From: Gallionella sp.
GTDB lineage: Bacteria > Pseudomonadota > Gammaproteobacteria > Burkholderiales > Gallionellaceae
Assembly: GCA_036171255.1 (NCBI GenBank)
Contig: JAVHQS010000105.1
Location: 1-35,546, forward strand
DNA length: 35,546 bases
Direction: 5' to 3'
Positions 1 to 10,021 of this stretch are shown here, piece after piece (within the stretch, counting starts at the first letter, position 1; each line of letters starts with the position of its first letter). The notes below the pieces were generated by a model. It saw nothing but the letters and a program-made list of their open reading frames with translations. It was not told where the DNA came from and did no database searches. The translations under genes were made by a program, and so were the position numbers.

Positions 1-1
1 A

Positions 2-298
2 TTGCCCGTCCCGTTGGAATCGCTCAATGATTTGGAATTGCTTGGCAAGTGGCATGCAGAAAGAAATCTGGAAGCATTCGCGTTACGTACACCGGAGCTG
101 GCCAGCATCACACTGGACGTTTTGCTGTTCCCGCCTGTGGAATTTTCCGGTATGTTCCAACGGGCAGTAATCTTCAACGTCGCCAACACACCGATCCGTG
201 TTGTTTCCATAGATGATCTGATCGCGCTCAAACAGGCAGTCGGAAGACCGATAGACCTCTCCGACATCGAACACCTGAAACGAGTCAAGCCGCTATGA
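2..298 (+). CDS. Nucleotidyltransferase-family (DUF6036-like) protein, C-terminal part; runs off the window 5' end
   Basis: Ends ...LDVLLFPP...IRVVSIDDLIALKQAVGRPIDLSDIEHL, the 'vsleDLi.lK...gRpkDl.Di..L' motif typical of this family. Confidence 0.75.
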   Translation: MPVPLESLNDLELLGKWHAERNLEAFALRTPELASITLDVLLFPPVEFSGMFQRAVIFNVANTPIRVVSIDDLIALKQAVGRPIDLSDIEHLKRVKPL

Positions 299-474
299 GC
301 CGCCCCTTCCCGCCCGGTGACCGCACCTACTACGTCAGCGACGAACGCTTGAAAGCATTCAAACAGCTCACACCGGAGCAACGCCTGAAGTGGGTGGAAG
401 AGCTGGCGGCCTTCCTGCGGCTAGCGAAAGCTGGTGGCGTGAAGCCGGCGGCCGGGATTGAAAAGAGAAATTGA
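295..474 (+). CDS. 59-aa helical protein coupled to the nucleotidyltransferase (putative partner/antitoxin); not in the ORF track
   Basis: ATG 295 overlaps TGA 296-298 (ATGA); manual translation MSRPFPPGDRTYYVSDERLKAFKQLTPEQRLKWVEELAAFLRLAKAGGVKPAAGIEKRN*. Confidence 0.7.
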   Translation: MSRPFPPGDRTYYVSDERLKAFKQLTPEQRLKWVEELAAFLRLAKAGGVKPAAGIEKRN

Positions 475-541
475 GCCAACCCCTTTAGATCAGAACAATT
501 CGACTCCAGTACTTTTCATTTGCTGGCAGCAGGAATGCGCG

Positions 542-1768
542 CTAAAACGCCTTGACCTTAATCTGCTTCATGTCCTTCAACGTCATGAATACACCCGATG
601 GAAGCGTGGCAAAGTTCGCCTTTCCCCGGAACATATTTTGGAGCACTTTAGTAGCCACAGCGTTTGTATTGAAACAAATCGGCAAGCCAATATTCTCCAA
701 ATAGTCGTCGCTCTTGCCGTCGTAATCATCGGGGCTTTGCGAAGCAAGAGTAACCACCAAACCTTTGGAGCGATGCAAACGGATATTGTCACTCAGAGCA
801 TCATGTTTGGAAGCGAGCAAGTGTCGTGCTTCATCCACAGCGAGAACCAGACGGATAGCACGATGTCCTTCACTGTCTTGCGGTGCCTCTGGCGATCGTT
901 TCATGTAGGTGTTCAACGCATCCATTAACAAGAAAACCGCCAGATTTTTGATGGTGTCGTGAGCATGTGCAAACGTGATAATCCAACTCTGGGAGAAAAA
1001 TTGCTGGGGCGAGAAATCTGGCCTAAAAATTGTGTACTGTGTCAGATCGTTGATGGTGGACATTACGCTATCCACCTTTAGGTCGTTGTCCTCATAGAAC
1101 TGCTCAAGCTGAGCGCGCACATGTTCCAATGTGATTTTCTCTTGAGACATGAACAACGGTTTTAATGCTTCCCGCAAATTGTCTAACTGCTTCGGCCCCA
1201 ACTTGCCTTGCACCACGCTGGAGAAGGAATCCCGGAAACCCATCACCGTGTCAGTAGCAACTTCGTCATTTTGGTTGGAGGCATAAAACATATCCAGCGG
1301 AATGCCATCCTCTGGGACGCGCATGATTTTCGCGCCTAATGCGTCAATCAACGCAGTATCGTTGGCTAGATCGCCTTTGCCCAAATCCAGCAGAATCACC
1401 GGTGCGGAAGTTTGAGCATGAATCTGCTTCAGCACCTCTTTCATGATGCGTGTCTTGCCTGAGCCAGACTGCCCCATAATCGCCATATGCGGAGAAGTAC
1501 CAACGCCATTAACCAGACGTTTGTATTGCTCATGTGGCGCATCCACTCCCTTACCCAAATCAACATACACAGCCTTGGCCATGCCAGCAAAACCCATCTC
1601 GTCGTCATGATGTATCTCACCAAACTTGCCCAATTTAGAAACGGTGTCAGGCAGCATGGCTCGGCGATGAATCAAGATTTCCCAAAATTTTCGCGGGTCT
1701 TCTCCAGCCTCGTTCCAATCATCCAGTAGTAGCAGGATGCCACGATGCCAATGACGCCTACCCTTGCC
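542..1768 (-). pseudogene. 5'-truncated DndE-like domain + HerA/FtsK (DUF87)-type ATPase fusion (DndEi-like); ATPase part intact
   Basis: Walker A GQSGSGKT, Walker B LVLAVDEA and RSKGLVVTLASQSP motif. The frame stays open upstream of the track's TTG (1675) to 1768, reading GKGRRHWHRGILLLLDDWNEAGEDPRKFWEIL with no ATG, then hits TGA at 1771-1769. HWHRGI resembles the DndE C-terminal H-x-HRGI motif. Confidence 0.6.
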
Positions 1769-1770
1769 TC

Positions 1771-2184
1771 ATGGGAATCACGACCGAACAAGAACGTGCT
1801 GCGTTCAGCCAGAGATTAGCGCTTGCATTGGGGCAGGCGGGAATGCTGCCATGCACGTCGGCCAGGCTTGCTAGTGAATTTAATCGCGTACATTCAGGCG
1901 CACCGGTTACGCTACATGCAGCCCGCAAGTGGCTGATAGGCGAGTCCATTCCGACACAGGAAAAACTTAAGGTGTTGGCGGCTTGGCTGGGAGTGTCGGC
2001 AGTATGGCTGCGCTATGGAGAAGAGACCGAAACGGCGACACACAAAAAATCTCTTCGCTTGGATGAAAAAACACAGCGAGATTTGGGCGAGAAATTCGCA
2101 CGGCTAAATCGCCATCACAGGTATATCGTGATGGGCATGGTGGATTTTCTGTTGAAGCTACAACAAAAACAGAATGGCGCGTAA
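1771..2184 (+). CDS. XRE/Cro-like HTH transcriptional regulator
   Basis: ERAAFSQRL...LASEFN...VTLHAARKWLIGESIPTQEKLKVLAAWLGVSAVWLRYG is a typical betaproteobacterial XRE-type HTH. Confidence 0.8.
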   Translation: MGITTEQERAAFSQRLALALGQAGMLPCTSARLASEFNRVHSGAPVTLHAARKWLIGESIPTQEKLKVLAAWLGVSAVWLRYGEETETATHKKSLRLDEKTQRDLGEKFARLNRHHRYIVMGMVDFLLKLQQKQNGA

Positions 2185-2402
2185 AGAGACCGGTGCCCAA
2201 CTGGCCTTTCAATAATCGTTGTGCAACAAGCTGTCCACTCTGACCCCCGTCACATTCGCGTCAACCGGCCCGAATATCTACACCTTCCATCACAAACAAC
2301 TTTAGCTTGTTTGCGCAATTCATTGCTTTTTAAGCACATTTGTTTTTCATTAACATTCCGCGCTAACTCATTGTCCCGTAAAGAAAAAACCTGTTTTACC
2401 GC

Positions 2403-2431
2403 TTGACCTGCTGGTTTTTTTTCAATATAGT
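2403..2431 (+). promoter_or_regulatory. sigma70 promoter of the dcw operon (Pmra)
   Basis: TTGACC (2403-2408), 17-bp spacer, TATAGT (2426-2431), 42 nt upstream of mraZ ATG. Confidence 0.85.
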
Positions 2432-2464
2432 GGGTCTAAGTGGTAAAAAGTGGGTAATAGTGGG
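2429..2464 (+). promoter_or_regulatory. MraZ operator: four AGTGG(G/T) direct repeats with 10-bp period
   Basis: AGTGGG 2429, AGTGGT 2439, AGTGGG 2449, AGTGGG 2459; matches known GTGG[G]-repeat MraZ boxes and overlaps the -10. Confidence 0.85.
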
Positions 2465-2473
2465 GGCAAAGGG

Positions 2474-2920
2474 ATGTTTCAGGGGGCGGCACAACTCAAT
2501 CTGGATAGCAAAGGCAGGCTCGCGATACCGGCACGGCATCGCGACATGCTGCTCGCGCATTGCGCGGGCAGTCTGGTGCTGACCGCCGATGCCGACGGTT
2601 GTCTGCTGCTCTATCCGCAGCCCGAATGGCAACCGATCCGCGACAAGCTGCTCAAGCTGTCCGCGCTCAATCCGAAGATCCGTGCGTTGCAGCGCCGCCT
2701 GATCGGCTATGCCGAGGATGTGCTGATGGATGGCGCAGGGCGCGTGTTGATCTCGCCGGCCTTGCGCAACTACGCCGCGCTGGACAAGCGCGTGATGCTG
2801 GTCGGCCAGGGCAACAAATTCGAATTGTGGGACGAGGCGAAGTGGCAGGCGCAGCAGGAGGCTGCGCTGTCGTTCATGGATGGCGAGTTGCCGCCGGAGC
2901 TTGAAGGGTTCTCTTTGTGA
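2474..2920 (+). CDS. mraZ: Transcriptional regulator MraZ
   Basis: [19 protein letters not shown] and DGAGRVLI twin DxxGR motifs; ATG 2474 preferred over the track's 2450. Confidence 0.97.
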   Translation: MFQGAAQLNLDSKGRLAIPARHRDMLLAHCAGSLVLTADADGCLLLYPQPEWQPIRDKLLKLSALNPKIRALQRRLIGYAEDVLMDGAGRVLISPALRNYAALDKRVMLVGQGNKFELWDEAKWQAQQEAALSFMDGELPPELEGFSL

Positions 2921-3852
2921 GTGAGGGCTTGGCCCACACCACCGTCCTGTTGCACGAAGCAGTTGAAGCGCTTGCGATCAAACCGGATGGCATCTATGTG
3001 GATGGGACGTTCGGGCGCGGCGGACACAGTGCGCGAATACTGGAGCGGTTGGGTGGCAACGGCAGGTTGATCGCGCTGGACAAGGATCCGGCGGCGGTAG
3101 CGGTAGGCGACACATGGCGCGATGCGCGCTTTCAGATGGTGCATCGCAGCTTTGCGCAACTGGCAGAAGTGTTGCACGAGTCTGGTGTGGCGAAGGTGGA
3201 CGGCATCCTGCTCGACTTGGGCGTGTCCTCGCCGCAACTGGATGAGGCGGCGCGCGGTTTCAGTTTTCGGTTTGATGCGCCGCTGGATATGCGCATGGAT
3301 GTCAGCAGCGGAATGACCGCAGCGCAATGGCTGGCGACGGTGGATGAGGGTTTTCTGGCGGAGGTGATACGTGATTACGGCGAAGAACGGTTTGCTAAGC
3401 AGATTGCAAGAGCGGTTGTTACTGCGCGCGCAATTGAACCTATCGACACCACGCGGCAGCTCGTCGAGCTGGTTGGCAAAGCGGTACGTACCCGTGAAGC
3501 AGGGCAGAACCCGGCGACACGCACCTTTCAGGCTATACGGATTTATCTCAACGGCGAGCTCGAAGAGCTTGCGCGGGTGCTGCCAGAGTGCGTGACGCAT
3601 CTGAAACCCGGCGGACGTCTGGTGGTGATCAGCTTTCATTCGCTGGAGGACCGCATCGTGAAGCACTTCATGCGCGACATGGCGGAGGGCGACAAGTTGC
3701 CGCGCAATGTGCCGATCCGCGCCAGCGAAGTGCCGCAGGGCAAGTGCCGTTTGGTCGGCAAGGCGGTGCGCGCCGGAGAGGCGGAGCTGCAGGCCAATCC
3801 GCGCGCGCGCAGCGCGGTGATGCGCGTGGCGGAGCGCAGCGATGTTGCGTAG
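2917..3852 (+). CDS. rsmH: 16S rRNA m4C1402 methyltransferase RsmH (MraW)
   Basis: [49 protein letters not shown]. Confidence 0.98.
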   Translation: MSEGLAHTTVLLHEAVEALAIKPDGIYVDGTFGRGGHSARILERLGGNGRLIALDKDPAAVAVGDTWRDARFQMVHRSFAQLAEVLHESGVAKVDGILLDLGVSSPQLDEAARGFSFRFDAPLDMRMDVSSGMTAAQWLATVDEGFLAEVIRDYGEERFAKQIARAVVTARAIEPIDTTRQLVELVGKAVRTREAGQNPATRTFQAIRIYLNGELEELARVLPECVTHLKPGGRLVVISFHSLEDRIVKHFMRDMAEGDKLPRNVPIRASEVPQGKCRLVGKAVRAGEAELQANPRARSAVMRVAERSDVA

Positions 3853-4144
3853 CGGCAGCGGGTTGAATGCGTTGCTGTTGCTGGCAGTGGTGATGTGCTC
3901 GTTGAGCGTGGTCACTTCGCAACACAAGGCGCGCAAGTTGTACATCGAGTTGCAGAAGGAAAAAGAGCGCGCCCAGCAGATGGAAGTGGAGTGGGGGCAG
4001 TTGCAGTTGGAGCAGAGCACTTGGGCGGCTCCGGCGCGCGTGGAAAAGATCGCGGCACGGCAGTTGCAGATGCAGTTGCCAAAAAACGGGCAAGTTCAAT
4101 TTATACGGATAGGGCCTAACGGCGGAGCAAACCAACAACCATGA
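3842..4144 (+). CDS. ftsL: Cell division protein FtsL
   Basis: Single TM segment then coiled coil [10 protein letters not shown]...[11 protein letters not shown]; position between rsmH and ftsI. Confidence 0.95.
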   Translation: MLRSGSGLNALLLLAVVMCSLSVVTSQHKARKLYIELQKEKERAQQMEVEWGQLQLEQSTWAAPARVEKIAARQLQMQLPKNGQVQFIRIGPNGGANQQP

Positions 4145-5871
4145 ATTACGCGGCCAGCGCACAGTCAGACATCACGGCGAAACTGCCCGGATGGCGCGCC
4201 ACCGCGTTATTTGTGTCGCTATTGCTGGGCTTGTCCGGTTTGCTCGGACGCGGTGTGTATCTGCAAGGGATACACAACGATTTTTTGCAGGAAAAAGGCA
4301 ATGCGCGCTACAGCCGGGTGATCGAAGTCAGCGCGCATCGCGGCATGATCACTGACCGCAACGGCGAGCCGCTGGCCGTGAGCACGCCGGTCGAATCGGT
4401 GTGGGCCAGCCCGGCCGATGTCGAGATCAACAATCAGCAGGCGAAGCAATTGGCCCAGGTGCTGGGTATGCGGGTCGACGATATCAAAAGTCGCCTGTCC
4501 GATGGGTCTCGCGATTTCGTTTATCTCAAACGGCAACTGCCGCCGGATCAGTCAGAGAAAGTGGTGGAGCTGAATCTGCCTGGCATCTCCTTGCAGCGCG
4601 AATACCGTCGCTATTATCCGTCTGCTGAAGAGTCCGCGCAGACGCTGGGCTTTACCGGGCAGGACGACAACGGGCAAGAGGGGCTGGAGCTGGCTTTGCA
4701 GGAGCAGCTGGCCGGCAAGCCCGGTAGCCAGCGCGTGATCAAGGACAGGCGCGGCCATATCGTCGAAGACGCGGGCAGTCTGCACGCGCCGAAACCGGGC
4801 AGCGATATCGCGCTCAGCCTGGACGGCAAGGTGCAGCATCTGGCCTATCGTGAGTTGAAGGCGGCAGTCGAACAGCATCATGCCAAGGCCGGTGCGATCG
4901 TGGTGCTGGATTCGCGCAGTGGCGAGGTGCTGGCGCTGGCCAACTATCCCGGCTACAACCCAAACAATCGCGGAAATGCCAGCAGCAAAGCGATGCGCAA
5001 TCGTGCCGTGGCCGACCTGTTCGAGCCGGGTTCGACGATGAAGCCGTTCACCGTCGCGACCGCGATCGAGACCGGCAAAGTGCGCCCGGATACGGTGATC
5101 AACACCGAGCACGGCGTGTTCGCGGTCGGCAACAAACAGATCCACGATACCCATGCCGAGTCGGTGTTGACCGTGTCGCAGGTGATCCAGAAATCCAGCA
5201 ACGTGGGCGCAGCCAAAATGGCGTTGATGCTGGAATCGGAAACGCTGTGGCAAAGCCTGTCCGACAGCGGCTTCGGCGCGCATACCGGCAGCAACTTCCC
5301 GGGTGAAGCATCCGGGAAATTGCGTGCCGCAAAAACCTGGCGGCCCATCGAGCAGGCCACCATGGCTTACGGGCACGGCATTTCGGTGAACCTGTTGCAG
5401 TTGGCGCGCGCTTACACCATCTTCGCCAATGACGGCGAGTTGAAGCCGGTCTCGTTGCTCAGGCTGGAAGCGCCGGCGACCGGCAAGAAGGTATTCTCGG
5501 ACGGTACTGCGCGCGCGTTGCGCGACATGCTGGAGCTGGTGGTGCAGCCCGGCGGCACAGCGCCGCTGGCCCAGATCGCCGGTTATCGCGTGGCGGGCAA
5601 GACCGGTACGGCGCATAAGCTGGAGAACGGTCATTATAACAATCGCTATGTCGCTTCCTTCGTCGGGCTGGCTCCTGCCTCGGCACCGCGCGTGATCGTG
5701 GCGGTGATGATAGACGAGCCGAGCAATGGACAGTATTACGGCGGCCTGGTCGCTGCGCCGGTGTTCAGCCAGGTCACCGGCGCCGTGCTGCATTTGCTGA
5801 ACGTGCCGAACGATGCACCGCTGAACAACGTGATCGCGCCGCCGGCTGACATCGTGAAGGAGGAGGTATGA
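4141..5871 (+). CDS. ftsI: Peptidoglycan D,D-transpeptidase FtsI (PBP3)
   Basis: RGMITDRNG, EPGSTMKP (SxxK), KSSNVG (SxN), GKTGTA (KTG). Confidence 0.98.
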   Translation: MNYAASAQSDITAKLPGWRATALFVSLLLGLSGLLGRGVYLQGIHNDFLQEKGNARYSRVIEVSAHRGMITDRNGEPLAVSTPVESVWASPADVEINNQQAKQLAQVLGMRVDDIKSRLSDGSRDFVYLKRQLPPDQSEKVVELNLPGISLQREYRRYYPSAEESAQTLGFTGQDDNGQEGLELALQEQLAGKPGSQRVIKDRRGHIVEDAGSLHAPKPGSDIALSLDGKVQHLAYRELKAAVEQHHAKAGAIVVLDSRSGEVLALANYPGYNPNNRGNASSKAMRNRAVADLFEPGSTMKPFTVATAIETGKVRPDTVINTEHGVFAVGNKQIHDTHAESVLTVSQVIQKSSNVGAAKMALMLESETLWQSLSDSGFGAHTGSNFPGEASGKLRAAKTWRPIEQATMAYGHGISVNLLQLARAYTIFANDGELKPVSLLRLEAPATGKKVFSDGTARALRDMLELVVQPGGTAPLAQIAGYRVAGKTGTAHKLENGHYNNRYVASFVGLAPASAPRVIVAVMIDEPSNGQYYGGLVAAPVFSQVTGAVLHLLNVPNDAPLNNVIAPPADIVKEEV

Positions 5872-6056
5872 CAAAAACCTCCAATAACCTGCTGCGCGAT
5901 TTTCATTTAGATATGTGGCTTCAACATAACCTGAAGGTTAGTTTCCGCCGCAACACGCCGCTTTGCGGCGAGTTGTCTCACTCGTTGCGCTCCGTGCGCC
6001 TTGCTCTCGAGCCGCTCGCTGCGGTTCTTGGAGGTTTTCAACGTGTTTCCTATTAA
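5868..6056 (+). CDS. 62-aa relay mini-ORF spanning the ftsI-murE insert
   Basis: ATG overlaps the ftsI TGA with a strong SD (AAGGAGGAGG) upstream; TAA 6054-6056 lies just inside murE; no recognisable protein family. Confidence 0.35.
   Translation: MTKTSNNLLRDFHLDMWLQHNLKVSFRRNTPLCGELSHSLRSVRLALEPLAAVLGGFQRVSY
5874..6038. mobile_element. 165-bp MITE-like element between ftsI and murE
   Basis: Terminal inverted repeats AAAACCTCCAATAACC (5874-5889) / GGTTCTTGGAGGTTTT (6023-6038), 15/16 match; CA on both flanks; internal hairpins; related to the 27855-27977 element. Confidence 0.7.
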
Positions 6057-7530
6057 ACAATTGGAAAGCTTGAAGGTGCCGGTCACGCGTCTGGCGACGG
6101 ACAGTCGTGCCGTGCAGCGCGGCGATACCTTCGTCGCCTATCCCGGAGAGAGGCTGGATGGGCGGCAGTTCATCGCGCAGGCGATCGCGCAGGGTGCCAA
6201 TGCGGTGATCTGGGAGACGCGCAACTTTGTCTGGGAGGCAGCGTGGCAGGTGCCGAATCTCGGCGTCGCCGATCTGCGCCATCAGGCCGGATGGCTGGCC
6301 GATGCGGTATATGGCGCGCCTTCCGGGAAGTTGTGGATGGTGGGTGTCACCGGAACCAACGGCAAGACTTCGACCAGCCACTGGATCGCCCATGCGCTGA
6401 ATGACGCGGGCAGGAAATGCGCGCTGATCGGCACGCTGGGCAACGGCTTCGCCAGAACGCTGCAAGCCAGCGCCAACACCACGCCGGATGCGATCCGTGT
6501 GCATGGCCTGCTGGCCGGTTATCTGCGCGACGGTGCGCGAGCGGTGGCGATGGAAGTGTCCTCGCATGCGTTGGCGCAAGGCCGGGTCAACGGTGTGCGT
6601 TTCGATGTGGCGATGCTCACCAATCTGAGCCGTGACCACCTCGATTATCACGGCGACATGCAAAGCTACGCGGCAGCCAAGCGCAAGCTGTTCGATTGGC
6701 AGGCATTGAAGCATGCGGTGCTGAATCTTGACGATGCGTTCGGCGCGGAGCTGGCCGTGCAATTGCAGGATGCAGAAGTGGAAGTGATCGGTTATGGATT
6801 GAGCGATGCCGCGCTGCAACTCGCCGAGCGGCTGGGTATCCGCATGGTGTACGGCAGTCTGGTTGAGATGAACGGACAGGGCTTGCGTCTGGCGATCCAC
6901 TCGAGCTGGGGCGCTGCCGAGCTGCGCAGCGAACTGGTCGGGCGTTTCAATGCGGCGAATCTGCTGGGTGCGCTGGCGGTACTGCTGGTCAGCGGGATCG
7001 GTTTGAGTGATGCGTTGAAGTCGTTGAGCAAGGTGCAGCCGGTCGCGGGGCGCATGCAACGCCTGGGTGGCGCGCAGCAACCGACCGTGATCGTGGACTA
7101 TGCGCATACCCCGGATGCGCTGGAAAAAGTGTTGCTGGCGTTGCGCGAAGTCGGCACCTCGACGGGCGGAAAATTGATCTGCGTATTCGGTTGCGGCGGC
7201 GATCGGGATCGCGGCAAGCGCGCGATGATGGGCAGGGTGGCGGAAAAATTCTCCGATCACTGCATCGTGACCAGCGACAATCCGCGCAGCGAAGATCCGC
7301 ACGACATCATCGCCCAGGTGGTCGGTGGTATGAGCGGCAAGGACCACGAGATCATCGCCGATCGCGCGCTGGCGATCCGGCGTGCGGTGGGCGGCTCTCG
7401 CCAGTGCGACACGATCCTGGTGGCGGGCAAGGGCCACGAGGATTATCAGGAGATCGGCGGCGTGAAGCATCCGTTCAGCGACGCGGTCATCGCGCTGCAA
7501 GCACTGGAAGAATGGAGGGTGCAGGCATGA
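6043..7530 (+). CDS. murE: UDP-N-acetylmuramoyl-L-alanyl-D-glutamate--2,6-diaminopimelate ligase MurE
   Basis: GVTGTNGKTS, NTTPD, MEVSSH, DHLDYHG, VDYAHTPDAL, DNPR motif; GTG 6043 has SD GGAGG at 6030-6034. Confidence 0.97.
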   Translation: MFPIKQLESLKVPVTRLATDSRAVQRGDTFVAYPGERLDGRQFIAQAIAQGANAVIWETRNFVWEAAWQVPNLGVADLRHQAGWLADAVYGAPSGKLWMVGVTGTNGKTSTSHWIAHALNDAGRKCALIGTLGNGFARTLQASANTTPDAIRVHGLLAGYLRDGARAVAMEVSSHALAQGRVNGVRFDVAMLTNLSRDHLDYHGDMQSYAAAKRKLFDWQALKHAVLNLDDAFGAELAVQLQDAEVEVIGYGLSDAALQLAERLGIRMVYGSLVEMNGQGLRLAIHSSWGAAELRSELVGRFNAANLLGALAVLLVSGIGLSDALKSLSKVQPVAGRMQRLGGAQQPTVIVDYAHTPDALEKVLLALREVGTSTGGKLICVFGCGGDRDRGKRAMMGRVAEKFSDHCIVTSDNPRSEDPHDIIAQVVGGMSGKDHEIIADRALAIRRAVGGSRQCDTILVAGKGHEDYQEIGGVKHPFSDAVIALQALEEWRVQA

Positions 7531-8933
7531 TGCTGCTCTCGCAAGCCGCGCAAGTGCTGAACGCCCGTCTGGTCCCCTTCGGCGGGACTCAGGACAGGGG
7601 TGGCGATGTGCGCTTTGACACGGTGTCCAGCGATACGCGCAAGCTGGTGCAGGGCGATCTGTTCGTCGCGTTGCGCGGCGAGAATTTCGACGGTTACGAG
7701 TTCATCACGCAGGCGGCCAAGAGCGGCGCGGTGGCCGCGCTGGCGAATGCGGGCAGCTATCGCGGCGAACAGGCAGCCTGCCCGCTGCTGCTGGTGGATG
7801 ACACGCGTCTGGCGCTGGGGCAGTTGGCCGCTCACTGGCGCAGGCAATTCGACATTCCGCTGGTGGGGATCACCGGCAGCAACGGCAAGACCACGGTCAA
7901 GGAGATGCTGGCTTCGATCCTGCGCGCGGCCGCAGGCAGCGATGATGCGGTGCTGGCGACCAAAGGGAATCTCAATAACGACATCGGCATGCCGCTCACC
8001 CTGTTGCAGATGAACGCGCAACACCGCTACGCGGTGATCGAGATGGGCATGAACCATCCCGGCGAGATCGATTACCTGACGCGCATCGCCTGTCCCGATG
8101 TGGCGCTGATCAACAACGCCAGTGGCGCGCATCTGGAAGGGCTGGGTTCGGTGGAAGCGGTGGCGCAGGCCAAGGGCGAGATATTTGCCGGGCTGAAGCA
8201 TCAGGGTACGGCGGTCATCAATGCGGACGATGAACATGCCTCGTTGTGGCGTTCGCTGTCGGGCGCGCATCAGTTGCTCGAGTTTTCTCTGAACCCGCAG
8301 GCCGATGTTCATGGGCAATGGCAGCCGCACGCTGCAGGATTGCGCCTAAGTGCGCAAACTCCGCAAGGCAATTTCACCGTAGACCTGCAAGTGCCTGGCG
8401 CGCACAACGCACGCAACGCATTGGCTGCGACCGCTGCCGCAATCGCATTGAACGTGTCGCTGGAAGACATCGCCGCAGGGCTGGAAAAGTTCAGCGGCGT
8501 AGCAGGGCGGTTGCAGCGCAAGGCGGCCACGCACGGCGCAATCCTGATCGATGATACCTACAACGCCAATCCGGCATCGATGCATGCCGCGATCAGCGTG
8601 TTGGCGGGAACCGGGGGCAAGCGCGTGCTGGTGTTGGGCGATATGGGTGAGCTGGGCGACAACGCAGCGGCCTTTCATGCCGGAATCGGGGCTGAGGCAC
8701 GCGATGCCGGGATTGAACGGCTTTATGCGCTGGGCACATTGAGCAGCAATGCGGTACGCGAATTCGGCAGTGGTGCGCAGCATTTCGAGCGTATCGAGGA
8801 GTTGTTATCTGCACTGGAAAAAGAACTGGACGCGAACACCACCGTGCTGGTGAAGGGATCGCGCTTTATGAAAATGGAACGCGTCGTGCAATTCTGCGGG
8901 CTTCAAAAGGAGGAAGCATGCTGCTCTCATTAG
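7527..8933 (+). CDS. murF: UDP-N-acetylmuramoyl-tripeptide--D-alanyl-D-alanine ligase MurF
   Basis: [48 protein letters not shown]; ATG overlaps the murE stop. Confidence 0.97.
   Translation: MMLLSQAAQVLNARLVPFGGTQDRGGDVRFDTVSSDTRKLVQGDLFVALRGENFDGYEFITQAAKSGAVAALANAGSYRGEQAACPLLLVDDTRLALGQLAAHWRRQFDIPLVGITGSNGKTTVKEMLASILRAAAGSDDAVLATKGNLNNDIGMPLTLLQMNAQHRYAVIEMGMNHPGEIDYLTRIACPDVALINNASGAHLEGLGSVEAVAQAKGEIFAGLKHQGTAVINADDEHASLWRSLSGAHQLLEFSLNPQADVHGQWQPHAAGLRLSAQTPQGNFTVDLQVPGAHNARNALAATAAAIALNVSLEDIAAGLEKFSGVAGRLQRKAATHGAILIDDTYNANPASMHAAISVLAGTGGKRVLVLGDMGELGDNAAAFHAGIGAEARDAGIERLYALGTLSSNAVREFGSGAQHFERIEELLSALEKELDANTTVLVKGSRFMKMERVVQFCGLQKEEACCSH
7575..7598 (+). repeat. 24-bp REP-like in-frame insertion in murF (PFGGTQDR)
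   Basis: CCCTTCGGCGGGACTCAGGACAGG; shares CCTTCG..CTCAGGAC with the coaE element at 31531-31570. Confidence 0.6.
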
Positions 8934-10021
8934 CCCAATGGTTCGCACAGGATGTGCGCACCTTCAGCGTGTTCAATTACATCACGCTGCGGGCGGTACT
9001 GGCGGCGATGACCGCCCTGTTCATTTCTTTCATGTTGGGGCCGTGGATGATCCGCAAACTGACCGCGATGAAGATCGGCCAGTCGGTGCGCACCGACGGT
9101 CCGCAGACCCATCTGGTGAAGGCGGGCACGCCGACGATGGGCGGCGCGCTCATCCTGATGTCGGTCACCATCACCACTTTACTGTGGGGCGACCTGCACA
9201 ACGCCTATATCTGGGTGGTGCTGTTCACCACGCTGGGTGTCGGGGCGATCGGCTGGGTGGATGACTACCGGAAGGTGGTGCATCGCAATCCGGATGGACT
9301 TTCCGCAAGAGCCAAGATGTTCTGGCAATCGCTGATCGCGTTGGCGGTCGGCATCTTCCTGTGGTCGCACGCCACGCTGCCAGCGCAGACCGAACTCATC
9401 GTGCCGTTCTTCAAACATCTGGTCCTGCCGCTCGGCATGGTCAGTTTCATTGTGCTGGTCTATCTGGTCATCGTCGGCAGCAGCAATGCGGTGAATCTGA
9501 CCGATGGTCTCGATGGTCTGGCGATCATGCCGACGGTGATGGTGGCAAGCGCATTGGCGATCTTCGCGTATGTGGCAGGTCATGCCGGATTCTCCGCCTA
9601 TCTGGGTGAACCCTCGATTCCCGGAGCGGGGGAGCTGGCCGTGTTCTGCGCCGCGATCGCCGGTTCGGGATTGGCGTTCCTGTGGTTCAACGCCTATCCG
9701 GCGGAAGTGTTCATGGGCGACGTGGGGGCGCTGGCATTGGGCGCGGCACTGGGTGCGGTGGCGGTCATCATCCGTCAGGAACTGGTGCTGTTCATCATGG
9801 GCGGGGTATTTGTGGTCGAAGCGGTGTCGGTGATGCTGCAGGTCTCCTGGTTCAAGTACACCAAGAAGAAATACGGCACCGGCCAGCGCATCCTGCTGAT
9901 GGCACCGCTGCACCATCACTTCGAACAAAAGGGCTGGAAGGAGACACAGGTCGTCGTTCGATTCTGGATCATCACGATGCTGCTGGTGTTGTTGGGATTG
10001 GCGACGTTGAAACTGAGATGA
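8918..10021 (+). CDS. mraY: Phospho-N-acetylmuramoyl-pentapeptide transferase MraY
   Basis: [42 protein letters not shown]. Confidence 0.98.
   Translation: MLLSLAQWFAQDVRTFSVFNYITLRAVLAAMTALFISFMLGPWMIRKLTAMKIGQSVRTDGPQTHLVKAGTPTMGGALILMSVTITTLLWGDLHNAYIWVVLFTTLGVGAIGWVDDYRKVVHRNPDGLSARAKMFWQSLIALAVGIFLWSHATLPAQTELIVPFFKHLVLPLGMVSFIVLVYLVIVGSSNAVNLTDGLDGLAIMPTVMVASALAIFAYVAGHAGFSAYLGEPSIPGAGELAVFCAAIAGSGLAFLWFNAYPAEVFMGDVGALALGAALGAVAVIIRQELVLFIMGGVFVVEAVSVMLQVSWFKYTKKKYGTGQRILLMAPLHHHFEQKGWKETQVVVRFWIITMLLVLLGLATLKLR

Noticed and set aside
458-928. 156-aa plus-strand ORF
   Set aside because: Antisense shadow of the ATPase gene, TTG start, no motifs.
2185-2400. RNase P RNA (rnpB) or a tRNA attachment site upstream of mraZ
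   Set aside because: No rnpB conserved motifs or tRNA 3' fragment recognisable; the 2221-2406 ORF has no coding features.
2429-2464. 10-bp periodic repeats as a mini-CRISPR or novel array
   Set aside because: Units and spacers are far too short; fully explained as the MraZ operator.
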